Assembly: GCA_050294405.1 (NCBI GenBank)
Contig: JBNKOC010000025.1
Location: 1 to 64,000 of the forward strand
Length of the DNA: 64,000 nucleotides
Origin: Fibrobacteria bacterium
Lineage (GTDB): Bacteria; Fibrobacterota; Fibrobacteria; UBA11236; JADFYW01
Direction: 5' to 3'
Below the pieces are notes generated by a model that ran no database searches, was not told the DNA's origin, and saw only the letters and a program-made list of their open reading frames with translations. Below are positions 1-9,594 of the stretch, one piece after another. Position numbers and translations under genes: made by a program. The first letter of the stretch is position 1. Every line of letters starts with the position of its first letter.

Positions 1-468
1 TCCCAATTGAACTTTGTTTAAGGGTAAAATGTTGGGCTCACTGACCAAGTTTAACCGATTGATAAAGTTGGAAACCTCCAGACTATCTTTAAGGACTAGT
101 GCTTGCTCAGTTAGAGGTAATCGAAGTCCCGCAGATACATACAAGTATTTTTTCAGAATTGTAAAACCGCTGGCAATGTTTAAAACGGCAGGTTCCCCGT
201 ATATTCCTGATAGATTTTCGGTTTGGGTCCATTTGGATTTCAAACCTCCATGAAACCAGGCAAAGCTAAAGGGTTTTAAACTCATGCCTAAATATCCAAT
301 ATGTTGCTGATAGCTGTTGGAAATTGTATTGATATCGGCTTTTAACAGCTGACTTTCGGCGCTACTATATATAACCCAGGGTACGCTGCCCCCGGAAAAC
401 TCCTGGCCCATGGTCTCCCTAGGGAGCCATAACATCGCCAGGAATGCACAAATAGCAACCTGTTTCAT
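1..468 (-). CDS. Secreted or outer-membrane hypothetical protein (partial, runs off the window start)
   Basis: Not in the ORF track. Manual translation from ATG at 468 gives MKQVAICAFLAMLWLPRETMGQEFSGG... with no stop down to base 1. Signal-peptide-like N-terminus; overlaps the upstream gene by 50 nt. Confidence 0.7.
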   Translation of the reverse strand, partial: MKQVAICAFLAMLWLPRETMGQEFSGGSVPWVIYSSAESQLLKADINTISNSYQQHIGYLGMSLKPFSFAWFHGGLKSKWTQTENLSGIYGEPAVLNIASGFTILKKYLYVSAGLRLPLTEQALVLKDSLEVSNFINRLNLVSEPNILPLNKVQLG

Positions 469-1726
469 CAATCCCGTTTTTGATTAAGGTGGTGTTTATT
501 TTCCAGGACTCCCCTTCCAGCTCCAGGGCCTCCATATCTATTCCTAAATCATTAAATTGCTCTGCCATAAAATAGTCCATGGGGTCCGAAGCATCGGCAT
601 GAAAGTAATCCACAATATGATTGGGAGCTATTTCCATTATTCTTTTGGAATTTTTAAAGTGACGGAATACCTGTGGGGTGAGTTGTTTTTTAAACGGGTC
701 CAATAACACCACAAAGGCTGAATCGCTTATGGTACCGGTTTTCATTTTTTGGCCGTAACTCTCTACGCGCGTTTTATGGGGAATAGTTTTTTTATCTTCC
801 CCCAAGATAGTCTGGGCTAATACTTCACCGGCAAACACATTAAGGACGCTTCGGTCTCCTGAAATGGATAGTTTTAAGATGGCCTTTTTTAGTTTGATGT
901 TTAAAGCCGGTGTTAGCAAATTTAATGGGAACTCGAGTTGGATGATTCCCATGTCCCCCTGATTAAGCTCAATTAAGCTGGGAGAATGAAATGTATAGGC
1001 GGAGCCCGGGTAAAGTATGTGGGAAAATTTTTCGGTTTGAATGGGGTAATGGGAAAAATCTTTTTTGCTAATTAAGGTCTGGCCGTTGTATATATGGGTT
1101 ATGGAATCTTTTTTTATCACGAGCCCATCCTCAGTGAGCAAAACCCCAAGCAATGGTTGGTTAAATTGGAAAACGGGATTTGTGGGAATTTTGGGAAGGA
1201 CCAGAGAATAGTGCTTTTTTAACACTCCGATAATATGGGGAGCGGCCCTGCGAATATTTTTTTTAATGTCGCTAACAAAAAAAAGGGTATCTATGGGCCT
1301 GATGTTAGCAACAGTCGATTTAAGGATGTAAGGAATAGCGACAAAAAAGTCCCCTTTTTTTTCCAGAGTTAAAAAAAACTGAGGGCGCGTATCGGCCAGA
1401 AGATTTTCCCGAAAAATTTTTTCCGGGTTTTTAGTTTTTTGGATCGATTGGTTTAGCGCATAATAACCTTCCAGATTTTTAACCGGGGCAAATTCATCGG
1501 ACCCATCAAGAAGTTCCCAGACTTGTTGGTTCAGCATATCGCAGCTCAGGCTGTCAAAAAAGGAGCTGAAAGCCCCTGACCAGCTCAGCTGAGGAATGGA
1601 GGAAGACTTTCCCGGTTTGGAATTTTTTGGGGCCTGGGAAAAAGCCAGGCTATAGCTCAAAAAAATCAAAAGCCCAAACAGGGCAAACTGCATTTTCAGA
1701 TACTTTCCAGCCATGCTTTTTTCCAA
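419..1726 (-). CDS. Secreted hypothetical protein
   Basis: 435-aa ORF with a signal-peptide-like segment ending in SLAFSQ. The true start may be ATG 1714 or later. No family recognised. Confidence 0.7.
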   Translation of the reverse strand: MEKSMAGKYLKMQFALFGLLIFLSYSLAFSQAPKNSKPGKSSSIPQLSWSGAFSSFFDSLSCDMLNQQVWELLDGSDEFAPVKNLEGYYALNQSIQKTKNPEKIFRENLLADTRPQFFLTLEKKGDFFVAIPYILKSTVANIRPIDTLFFVSDIKKNIRRAAPHIIGVLKKHYSLVLPKIPTNPVFQFNQPLLGVLLTEDGLVIKKDSITHIYNGQTLISKKDFSHYPIQTEKFSHILYPGSAYTFHSPSLIELNQGDMGIIQLEFPLNLLTPALNIKLKKAILKLSISGDRSVLNVFAGEVLAQTILGEDKKTIPHKTRVESYGQKMKTGTISDSAFVVLLDPFKKQLTPQVFRHFKNSKRIMEIAPNHIVDYFHADASDPMDYFMAEQFNDLGIDMEALELEGESWKINTTLIKNGIDETGCYLCIPGDVMAP

Positions 1727-1882
1727 AGAAAAATCTCAAAACCCTTTATGGCAGCGAAAGTTATCGTAAATTAATGAGTCCATGATTCAACTATACAAGA
1801 CTTTGCGGTCTGGAGTCCAGGCCAATTCCTTTAAAATTAACCCTCTATTTAGTAGACAATTAAACTATATTTCGGTTATAAG

Positions 1883-2653
1883 ATGTCAGATTTAATACCC
1901 AGTAAGTCAGAAATTTTAAACGGCCTGCTCTTCGCCTTGGTTAAGGCTCGCAATTTGTCCGGCATGTCCCATATTATTTTCGAACATTTAAAGCCCCTGA
2001 TTCCCATGGATAGATTGGGAATAGTGGCCCTGTCCGATGACGGCCGTCGTTTTATATCCATTGCCAATGTGGCCAATTTCAATCTTTTACTTAATACCGG
2101 TTATAATGTGTCTGCGGTCTCTTCTACTCTTATGCAGATAATGCAGGCCAACCAGGTTCGTGTTATTAACGACATGCCTGAATATTTGAAAAAAAAGCCA
2201 AAAAGTGAAAGCACTAAGCTCTTGGTGGCTGAGGGAATTAAATCCAATATGTCCGTGCCCCTTTTTGTGGATGGAAAATCTTTTGGAGTATTGTTTTTGG
2301 CTTCTAAGGAATTGGGCTCATACGGAAAAGGCCATGTGGATATTCTGAATCATTTAAAAGAGGTGCTTTCCTATACTGCGCAAAACTATTACCTCATCAG
2401 TAAATCCGGTGCTGTGACCTCGGGAAGCATTAAACTTTCCAGCGAAAACTCTGAAAATGGCAGCCAAATGTGGACTCAATCCTGGAAAAACTGGGAAGTT
2501 TATATTTTGTCCCAGACTTTAAAACAATGTGGGGGCAAAATATATGGAAAGAATGGGGCTGCTGCCATTTTAAAACTGCCTCCCACTACTTTACAGGGAA
2601 AATTGAAGAAATTGGGGCTAAATCGCAAAGAGATTCTCCACGGCGATTTATAA
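1883..2653 (+). CDS. GAF domain plus Fis-type HTH regulator (FhlA/NifA-like, no AAA+ domain)
   Basis: GAF signature (EGIKSNMSVPLFVDGKSFGVLFLAS) and FhlA-type HTH (TLKQCGGKIYGKNGAAAILKLPPTTLQGKLKKLGL). No Walker A or GAFTGA motif. Confidence 0.8.
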   Translation: MSDLIPSKSEILNGLLFALVKARNLSGMSHIIFEHLKPLIPMDRLGIVALSDDGRRFISIANVANFNLLLNTGYNVSAVSSTLMQIMQANQVRVINDMPEYLKKKPKSESTKLLVAEGIKSNMSVPLFVDGKSFGVLFLASKELGSYGKGHVDILNHLKEVLSYTAQNYYLISKSGAVTSGSIKLSSENSENGSQMWTQSWKNWEVYILSQTLKQCGGKIYGKNGAAAILKLPPTTLQGKLKKLGLNRKEILHGDL

Positions 2654-2746
2654 AGAGGGCTTTGCTCTAACGAATATTGGCTGTATCGCCTCACTAGATT
2701 TTTTTAAAAAACGACTTAATTTAAATTATGGGCAAGGAGGAATCTT

Positions 2747-3157
2747 ATGTATGATCCAGTTATGGTTGAACCTATGCGTCAGGAGTTGGCGGTTTTGGGT
2801 ATCGAAGAAACAAAAACAGCTGATGCGGTATTAACTGCGCTAGGCCGTCCTGGTACTACCTTAGCGGTAATTAATTCAGTTTGTGGCTGCGCGGCAGCTA
2901 ACGCCAGACCAGCCGTTAACATGGCCATGAAAAATGCGAAATTGCCAGATAATGCTATAACCGTGTTTGCAGGTAACGATAGAGAGGCCACACAGGTATT
3001 AAGAGAAAACATTGTGGGTTATCCACCTTCCTCTCCAAATATTGTTTTGTTTAAGGATGGAGAAGTAGCTTTTAATTTAGAGCGCCATCAAATTGAAGGC
3101 CGCGCTGCGGAAGACATTGCCCAGGATTTAATCGAGGCCTTTAACCAATTCTGTTAA
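2747..3157 (+). CDS. BrxA/BrxB family bacilliredoxin
   Basis: Family motifs VINSVCGCAAANARP, VFAGNDREAT, YPPSSP and ERHQIEG; strong RBS AAGGAGG. Confidence 0.92.
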   Translation: MYDPVMVEPMRQELAVLGIEETKTADAVLTALGRPGTTLAVINSVCGCAAANARPAVNMAMKNAKLPDNAITVFAGNDREATQVLRENIVGYPPSSPNIVLFKDGEVAFNLERHQIEGRAAEDIAQDLIEAFNQFC

Positions 3158-3161
3158 TCCT

Positions 3162-3395
3162 ATGGCAATAACCAAAGTTTGGTTAGATGAAACGGAAAAC
3201 GAATGCACCATGTGCGGGGCATGTGAAGCAACATGCCCTGAAGTTTTTGAAGTGCCCGAAAAAATGGTGGTGGTGGAATGGGCGGATTATTCCTTAATCG
3301 AACCCATTGAAGAAGCGGCAGAAGGTTGCCCAGTGGGAACCATTGCCATTGAGTATGATAAGAAGGGGGTGAGAGGCAACCCCTTTAACGTTTAA
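3162..3395 (+). CDS. Ferredoxin (4Fe-4S)
   Basis: CTMCGACEATCP followed by a distal GCP. Confidence 0.9.
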   Translation: MAITKVWLDETENECTMCGACEATCPEVFEVPEKMVVVEWADYSLIEPIEEAAEGCPVGTIAIEYDKKGVRGNPFNV

Positions 3396-3396
3396 T

Positions 3397-3473
3397 TTCG
3401 TCAAAAATTGGGCGTCGCACTGCTCCTTCAAGCTCGCGTTCCGCTTCGCACGCCTCGTCTGAAGTCGCAATCT
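3397..3473. repeat. Dispersed intergenic repeat, copy 1 (partial MITE/REP-like)
   Basis: Reverse complement contains cgaagcggaacgcgagcttgaaggagc and cgacgcccaa, which also occur at 58225-58265. aaaaattgggcgtcgc also occurs at 44071. Confidence 0.8.
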
Positions 3474-4718
3474 TCAATTTTTATTTAACACTTTTTTAAG
3501 CCAGATACATACCAATAACAATAACAACCCCATTCCATAAAAAACTCCGGAAAGGGAGAGGGCGTAATATACGGCAAAAACGGAAAGTCCTAAAAAAACC
3601 AGCATCCATACATTTTGATAAAAATTTTTGCCGGCAATTATTCGGGCGAGAATATTAATGTCCACCGAGGTTTGCAACAAGCTGTTGAGGGGAACCAGAT
3701 ATGCCCCTCCAAAAAAGCCATAAAGAATAATTAATATGGCCATGGAAAGCGGCTGGCTCATGGCTGGCATTAACAAAAGGCCCAGGGCCATAAAAAGGGC
3801 GCTTGTAATAATTTGTTTAGAAGAAATATGGGATGTGGTTTTTCTCCCGGCGTACAAACAGCCGGCAATTATGCCGACACCTGCCAAAGCTGCTATACCC
3901 TGGGCAATCATGACATTTTCAATTTTTGTGGCTTCTTTAAAAAAGGCGGGAAAGGCGGCTAAAACTACCTGGTTGATGCTCCAAAAAAAAGAAAGGGCCG
4001 CAATGTATTTAAATACGTTTTTATGGTTATGGATATCCTTTAGGTTTTGCCTCAAATATTGGCCTTTTAGATATGGCCCGAGGGAAAATTGCAAATTTTT
4101 GGGCTTGGTTTGGGTCGGCGTAATTCTAAAGCTAAGTAAAAACTCCAAAATTGATGCTAACAACAAAAACAACCCGAGGAGTTTTACCTCATTTAAAATT
4201 TGGCCCAGTGAAGCAGAAGATTGAAATAATTTTTCAAAACCAAAACTGTACAAAAAAGAGCTTAGTAATATGGCCACAATGGTTGTGGATTGCAAATAGC
4301 CAATGCCCTTGGGGAGTTTTTGATTTCCCATAAGTTCCTGTATGTAGCCGTATTTGGCGGGACCATAAATTGCGGATTGTAAAGCCAGTAAAAATGTAAA
4401 GCTAAAAGACAACCAAAACCAACCCTGGCTATAAGACCAAAAAATGGCTGCTGTAATGGGGATTGCTAAAAAAGAACTGATTTGAATAATTTTTTTTTTA
4501 GAATATTTATCCGACAAGTATCCTGCGGGGGAAAAACAAAGTACAAAAGGAAGTAGTATTAAAGCGTTAATTACCGCAGCTAAAATCATTTGTTGCGTGC
4601 CATCGTAATATTTAAATATGGCGTTGTGTAAAATGATTTTATGCCCAACATCGGTAAAAGCGTTTAAAAAGGCAACTGTTAAAAAAGAAAATAGCTTTGG
4701 CCTGGCGTTTGTATTCAT
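3474..4718 (-). CDS. MFS transporter, LplT/Aas-associated type
   Basis: About 12 hydrophobic segments; FLNAFTD, AGYLSDKYSKK and PAKYGYIQEL motifs typical of the lysophospholipid-transporter-like MFS domain. Confidence 0.8.
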   Translation of the reverse strand: MNTNARPKLFSFLTVAFLNAFTDVGHKIILHNAIFKYYDGTQQMILAAVINALILLPFVLCFSPAGYLSDKYSKKKIIQISSFLAIPITAAIFWSYSQGWFWLSFSFTFLLALQSAIYGPAKYGYIQELMGNQKLPKGIGYLQSTTIVAILLSSFLYSFGFEKLFQSSASLGQILNEVKLLGLFLLLASILEFLLSFRITPTQTKPKNLQFSLGPYLKGQYLRQNLKDIHNHKNVFKYIAALSFFWSINQVVLAAFPAFFKEATKIENVMIAQGIAALAGVGIIAGCLYAGRKTTSHISSKQIITSALFMALGLLLMPAMSQPLSMAILIILYGFFGGAYLVPLNSLLQTSVDINILARIIAGKNFYQNVWMLVFLGLSVFAVYYALSLSGVFYGMGLLLLLVCIWLKKVLNKN

Positions 4719-4787
4719 AGGCTATAAATGTAATCTCTTTTTAAACCCAGGAGAGCGCTAAACAGTTCTAATTCAGATTGATTTTTG

Positions 4788-7238
4788 CTAAATCCATTTG
4801 TGTTTGGGGTAGCGCCTGCGCAATTCTTTTTTTACCTCGGGATAGGTGTTGTCCCAAAAATCGCTTATGTTATAGGTTTTTTGTACGGTTCTGTAATTAG
4901 GAGCCAGTATGTTGTACAACACAGGGATTTTTTTTTGAGCCAAAAAATACTCACCCTGGCAGTCGTAAAAATCGGCGATGCGGGCGCTTATTTCCGGAGG
5001 GGCATTTAAAAAATACTGAAACTTAGCCGACCTTCCCGATGGCAGGTTTTTTTTATCGGGAAATTCTTTCTCAATAAAACTCCATATTTCCCTACCTACA
5101 TAGTCTTTAAAAATCTCAATGAGTTGGCCTAACTCTAATTGCCTTTGGCTGGTTTTGCCTTCGGCCCACTCTGCAAACATCAATTCAAAGTCCTGGTGAT
5201 TGAGTTCAGGAATTTGGTACTCAGTAAACGCCTCCCGTGCCAATTTATGTTTGGACAGGAAAACTTGAAAATCCGGGTTTTCTAAGGGGCTGGCGATTTT
5301 GTTTTCCAACATCAATTGCGCCATGTACTGGCTTAGCTCGTTTTTAGGCCAATTTTTTTCTGGAATTTTTTCTGCATACAACAACAAATCTTTGTAATAG
5401 TAGGCTTTTTCCACAGATATTTTTTCGCTTTTATTTATCCAGTTAAACTGGATTTTACTATGGCCTTTTGAGATGGAAAGCTTTTTGATGTCTTCTTCCG
5501 GTACTTCAAGCCAATGTAAAATGAGCCCGTATTTTTGTTCTACTTGAACAGTTTCCTGATAATCGATTGCAATTATGTATGTGGGTAAATCTTGCACAAT
5601 TGCGGATTTAATTTCACCTACCATGTTGCCTGGCATTCTGTAGCGGCTTGTTCCTTCGGCTTTGACTCCTAGCCGATTGGCAAACAGGTTAAGCCAGGGA
5701 TTGGTTTGCATGTTCTGGACCCTAGGCTTAATTCCCGCGTGTGGATGTTTGTTCTTGGCATCTAACAATCGTTTCCAAATATAGTTCTCCTGGGAAAATT
5801 CCTTTTTATTGGCCGAAGACATAAAATGCCGGGCCAGGCTTTCTAAGTTATAAGCAGTATTAGAGGGTTTGTTATTGCCTTCTAATATGGCGCACATAGC
5901 AGCATCAATATTGTATCTCCCACTTCCAAAGGACAGGTATAGCAATTTTCCCAGAGATGGGTGTATGGGAAGAGTGGAAATCCAAAGGCCTTGGGCATTG
6001 GGGATTCCCGAATCTTCTATACTTCCCTGGCTTCTTAAGATTTCTATACTGGCTTTTAATAAGGAAGGTTCCGGGTTTGAAAGCCAGGGCAATTTTTCAA
6101 AATTCCCAAGGGCCGCTTTCTCTCCAAGCTTGGCTAACATATCCAGCAAGATTAGTAATGCATTAGACCACTCTACCTTATTTAATTGACTGCTAATGCT
6201 TTGGGCCCATTTTTCTTCCACAACGCTGTTCCAAAGTCTAAAGCAGGTTCCGGGTCCGGTTCGGCCACAACGCCCTTTTCTTTGTTGGGCGTTATACAGG
6301 CTTATGCGGCTGAGCTTTAAGGAATTGATTTTTTTATCTGGTTGATAGAAAATTTCCCTAGCCCAGCCCGAATCGATTACGGTATTCACATCGGGAATAG
6401 TAAGAGATGTTTCCGCAATGTTAGTGGCTAAAATAATTCTGGGTTTTGGAGAAGGAGAACAAACTCGGTGCTGGTCTTTTAAATTCATAGAACCATGAAG
6501 AGGTTCAATAGTAATGTTTTCAAAACCCTTGGTTCTTTCCAATATATTTTTGGCTTGATTTATTTCCCGCCAGCCAGGTAAAAAACACAGGCAGCTGCCA
6601 GAGCCATATTTAGAAACCCACATTTTGGCAGCGCTTAATAACTGATCCTCCAAACGAGAAAAATTTTGGGCAGGCATGTATATGGTTTCTATGGGAAAAA
6701 GCGGCGAATCTACTTTTAGGTGAGGCCAATTCCTAATTTCACTTGGAAACTCTATAACATCCAGCGTGGCCGACATTAATATGATTTTAGGCAGAGCAAA
6801 ATTTCGCTCAGCCAAGTAGCGCAACCACAGCCAGATTAAGTCCATTTCCACCTGACGTTCATGGAATTCATCCAGAACCAGGCAATCAATATTTGTTAGC
6901 ACAGGGTTTTTCTGTAGCCAGGCGAAAAACCAACCATAAGTTTGGAAAATTATTTGAGTAGAGGGCTTCGTTTCCTGTTTGCCCCGAACCTGATAGCCGA
7001 CTTTTTCCCCTATGGGCAAGTTTAGCTCTTCCGAAATTCGGCTGGCCAAAGCAATGGCCGCCAATCTTCTGGGCTGCAGCACAATAATTTTTCCGCGGAG
7101 AGATCCCGATGCAAATATGGGGACCCGGGTGGATTTGCCTGTGCCTGTGGGCGCGCTGATAAAAAGTCCAGGGGCCGCTTTTAAATTTTGTTCCAATTGT
7201 GTTTGTATAGCATCAATAGGAAGTGGGTTTAAAAGCAT
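4788..7238 (-). CDS. hrpB: ATP-dependent helicase HrpB
   Basis: APTGTGKST, QPRRLAA, DEFHER, MSAT, LATNIAETSLTI, QRKGRCGR and the HrpB C-terminus LAPNYRTVQ...YPEVKKELRRRYPKHKW. Confidence 0.9.
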   Translation of the reverse strand: MLLNPLPIDAIQTQLEQNLKAAPGLFISAPTGTGKSTRVPIFASGSLRGKIIVLQPRRLAAIALASRISEELNLPIGEKVGYQVRGKQETKPSTQIIFQTYGWFFAWLQKNPVLTNIDCLVLDEFHERQVEMDLIWLWLRYLAERNFALPKIILMSATLDVIEFPSEIRNWPHLKVDSPLFPIETIYMPAQNFSRLEDQLLSAAKMWVSKYGSGSCLCFLPGWREINQAKNILERTKGFENITIEPLHGSMNLKDQHRVCSPSPKPRIILATNIAETSLTIPDVNTVIDSGWAREIFYQPDKKINSLKLSRISLYNAQQRKGRCGRTGPGTCFRLWNSVVEEKWAQSISSQLNKVEWSNALLILLDMLAKLGEKAALGNFEKLPWLSNPEPSLLKASIEILRSQGSIEDSGIPNAQGLWISTLPIHPSLGKLLYLSFGSGRYNIDAAMCAILEGNNKPSNTAYNLESLARHFMSSANKKEFSQENYIWKRLLDAKNKHPHAGIKPRVQNMQTNPWLNLFANRLGVKAEGTSRYRMPGNMVGEIKSAIVQDLPTYIIAIDYQETVQVEQKYGLILHWLEVPEEDIKKLSISKGHSKIQFNWINKSEKISVEKAYYYKDLLLYAEKIPEKNWPKNELSQYMAQLMLENKIASPLENPDFQVFLSKHKLAREAFTEYQIPELNHQDFELMFAEWAEGKTSQRQLELGQLIEIFKDYVGREIWSFIEKEFPDKKNLPSGRSAKFQYFLNAPPEISARIADFYDCQGEYFLAQKKIPVLYNILAPNYRTVQKTYNISDFWDNTYPEVKKELRRRYPKHKWI

Positions 7239-7256
7239 AGTTTTTAAAGATAATAA

Positions 7257-7287
7257 AGCTTTCCCGAAACATAACCTCGGGAAAGCT
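7257..7287 (-). terminator. Probable intrinsic terminator after the caspase gene
   Basis: 11-bp stem agctttcccga/tcgggaaagct directly downstream of the stop at 7299. Confidence 0.7.
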
Positions 7288-7298
7288 GGTTTTTTGAT

Positions 7299-9587
7299 TT
7301 AAAAACTAAGGGCGGCATAAAAACCGGGCCAGATTTTTACCTGGTCGTGATCGCCAATATTATAACTGTTTAAATAATTTTGAAAAATAATATCATGTCT
7401 TCTTTCATATAGCACATTTACAGTTAACCCAACCTCGGGTTGAAAGCGCGACCAGCGATTTAGAGCAAGGCCTGTTTTTAAGCGGCTAAGTTGGTTCAAA
7501 GGTCCGTAAAGGGTATGGGTGAGTTCTTCCTGCAATCCATTTATAGTGTAGAACTTAAGGGAACTAACATCCGTATTCCATTTGAGGCTTCCAAAATCTA
7601 TGCCATAACCTATTCCTATGCCCTGCAATACATATTGGTCTAAGTCCGGGTCCAGATTAATGCCTAAATGCAAGAGGCCGTAAAAATTACCACTGCCTGT
7701 TTTTAAGCTTGTGTAAATGTTGCGGGCTTCATCCATCCAAATTACCGGAGAAATTTTCGATTTTTTGTTGAGGTTAAGAAAACCTATGGTTTCCCCGTCC
7801 ACAGTATTGGCAATATTTATAAAACCCAACTGTACTCCCTTAACATGGTTGGCCACATTTATAAAGGAGGTAGCCTGAACGCCTTTAAGGTCACGGGCCA
7901 GGTTCATAAATCCCGCAACCTGGATACCTTCCATGTCTCTGGAAATATTCATGAAACCCGTTCCTTGAACTCCTTTTACATTTTTAGCAATGTTCACAAA
8001 ACCGCTCCCCTGGGCTCCTTCAACATCCAAGGCCACATTTAAAAAACCGGTTCCTTGTCCCCCTTCCAAATTGCCAGATACATTTAAAAAGCCGCTTCCT
8101 TGTCCGCCTTTTACATCAAGAGCTATGTTTGCCAATCCAGCTCCCTGGCCCCCTCGAACATGCTTAGCGTAGTTGGCAAGTCCGGATCCCTGTCCCCCTT
8201 TGAGGCTATCGCTAACAAAGTTTAAAAGGCCGGACATTTGAGCTCCGTATACATCTTCGTAGGCCCATTCTCCAATTACCCCTATGCCGATTCCATTGAG
8301 TTTGGAGTAGCCTCCAAAAAACAGATTAAAGGAATATAAATGGTAAGTGGGCTGCAAAACCAATTCCCCATTTTTCTTGGAAATACTGGGCAGCATGGCA
8401 AAAGAGACAGGTATGGTATCGTAAACCAAATCCTCTTCGCGAATACCATTTTCGGATTTTTTGCCCTTTCCCCTTAAGGCATAGGCTTCTTTGTTGCTGA
8501 TTTTTTTAAAGTTGCTTTCTGAAATTTTAGCGGCTTTGCCTTCCACCAAGCGCAGCTTGGCCATTTTAGGCCCGCTTGGGTTGTCCAGCAAAATTCGGTA
8601 TAACCCCGGTGCTAACCCCAGCTCCATAGCACGGGATTTGTTTTTCACCAGTTCAATGGCAAGGTTGCCCGCGCTGTCACGCATGGTGATTTTGCCTTCT
8701 ATGCTCTTGTTAAACTGGATTACTGCCGAGTTGGGGTTTAACTCGGACATGACCACTTCTCCAGAGCCTTTTAACTGGATATCATAACCGGCATGTTGGG
8801 CTCCGGCCTGGGTTTCTTCTGTGTGGGCTAATGTTTGATGGAAGGCGTACTGATAGGCTTCATTTAATGTGACTCGGTTGTCTCCCGTTAAATCGGCAGC
8901 CCCCCTAAGGCCAGTAACCAGGGAGTTGGTAAAATAAGAGCCCTTAATCCTTTCCGATTCCTGAGCGGGCTCATCTTCTGAATTGGATGTTAATATGGCA
9001 TAGCCCTGCATATCCACGGATTCATCCATTAAAAAGGAAGGTTTTTTAACGCCCCCTTTTAAGCGGGTAAACGCGCCGGAAGCACAGGCATCCAAAACAG
9101 CAATCTTAACATCGGCCTCTAAATTCCGAAAACTGTTTTTGAGCTCGGTGTATGAGAATTTGCCCTTTTTAAGTAACAAGCCGGTTTCATCGGCATGGCC
9201 TGAATAGTACAGTATGATTTCTGTTCTGCGGTATTTGCCTTTGTGCCCAGCTAGAAGTTTTTTGGTTTTATCCAACTCTTCCCGTAAGGAAGCGGGGGAA
9301 GGTTCTAAAATCAAATGCACATCGGACTTGTCTACCCCGCCTAATTCTAACAATACATCAGCAAAGGAACGGGCGTCCGAATGGGCGTACTTTAACTTTT
9401 CCCGGCCTTCGCCTCCGTTGTTGGCTCCAATCACTACCGCCATTCGCTTGGCATTGCTGGATAAAAGGCTTGAAGGGGGTTTTGCCACTGTGCTGTGCCC
9501 CGGGTTGGCCAAGGCCAATAATAGTAGGCCTATTAAATTTAATGTTATGTTATGCAGGCCCTGTTTTTTTTGAATTTGCTTTTTCAT
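7299..9587 (-). CDS. Exported caspase-family (peptidase C14) protein with a 15-aa Gly-Gln/Asn repeat tract and probable C-terminal beta-barrel
   Basis: Signal peptide; KLKYAHSDA; His-Cys dyad in YYSGHADE and LDACASG; GSYFTNSLVTGLRGAAD; about 10 GxQxxGxxN repeats; ends WPGFYAALSF. Confidence 0.85.
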   Translation of the reverse strand: MKKQIQKKQGLHNITLNLIGLLLLALANPGHSTVAKPPSSLLSSNAKRMAVVIGANNGGEGREKLKYAHSDARSFADVLLELGGVDKSDVHLILEPSPASLREELDKTKKLLAGHKGKYRRTEIILYYSGHADETGLLLKKGKFSYTELKNSFRNLEADVKIAVLDACASGAFTRLKGGVKKPSFLMDESVDMQGYAILTSNSEDEPAQESERIKGSYFTNSLVTGLRGAADLTGDNRVTLNEAYQYAFHQTLAHTEETQAGAQHAGYDIQLKGSGEVVMSELNPNSAVIQFNKSIEGKITMRDSAGNLAIELVKNKSRAMELGLAPGLYRILLDNPSGPKMAKLRLVEGKAAKISESNFKKISNKEAYALRGKGKKSENGIREEDLVYDTIPVSFAMLPSISKKNGELVLQPTYHLYSFNLFFGGYSKLNGIGIGVIGEWAYEDVYGAQMSGLLNFVSDSLKGGQGSGLANYAKHVRGGQGAGLANIALDVKGGQGSGFLNVSGNLEGGQGTGFLNVALDVEGAQGSGFVNIAKNVKGVQGTGFMNISRDMEGIQVAGFMNLARDLKGVQATSFINVANHVKGVQLGFINIANTVDGETIGFLNLNKKSKISPVIWMDEARNIYTSLKTGSGNFYGLLHLGINLDPDLDQYVLQGIGIGYGIDFGSLKWNTDVSSLKFYTINGLQEELTHTLYGPLNQLSRLKTGLALNRWSRFQPEVGLTVNVLYERRHDIIFQNYLNSYNIGDHDQVKIWPGFYAALSF
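7775..8246 (-). repeat. Coding tandem repeat, ~45-bp (15-aa) period, LA_2272-like
   Basis: Units such as GGQGSGLANYAKHVR, GGQGAGLANIALDVK, GGQGSGFLNVSGNLE, GGQGTGFLNVALDVE, GAQGSGFVNIAKNVK. Confidence 0.85.
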
Positions 9588-9594
9588 TGTAGGC

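Noticed and set aside
14..253. Plus-strand 79-aa ORF
   Set aside because: Shadow of the longer minus-strand frame 1-468.
7299..9587. Caspase as an anti-phage (gasdermin, CBASS or CRISPR-linked) effector
   Set aside because: It has a signal peptide and sigma/anti-sigma context, and no defence genes are nearby.
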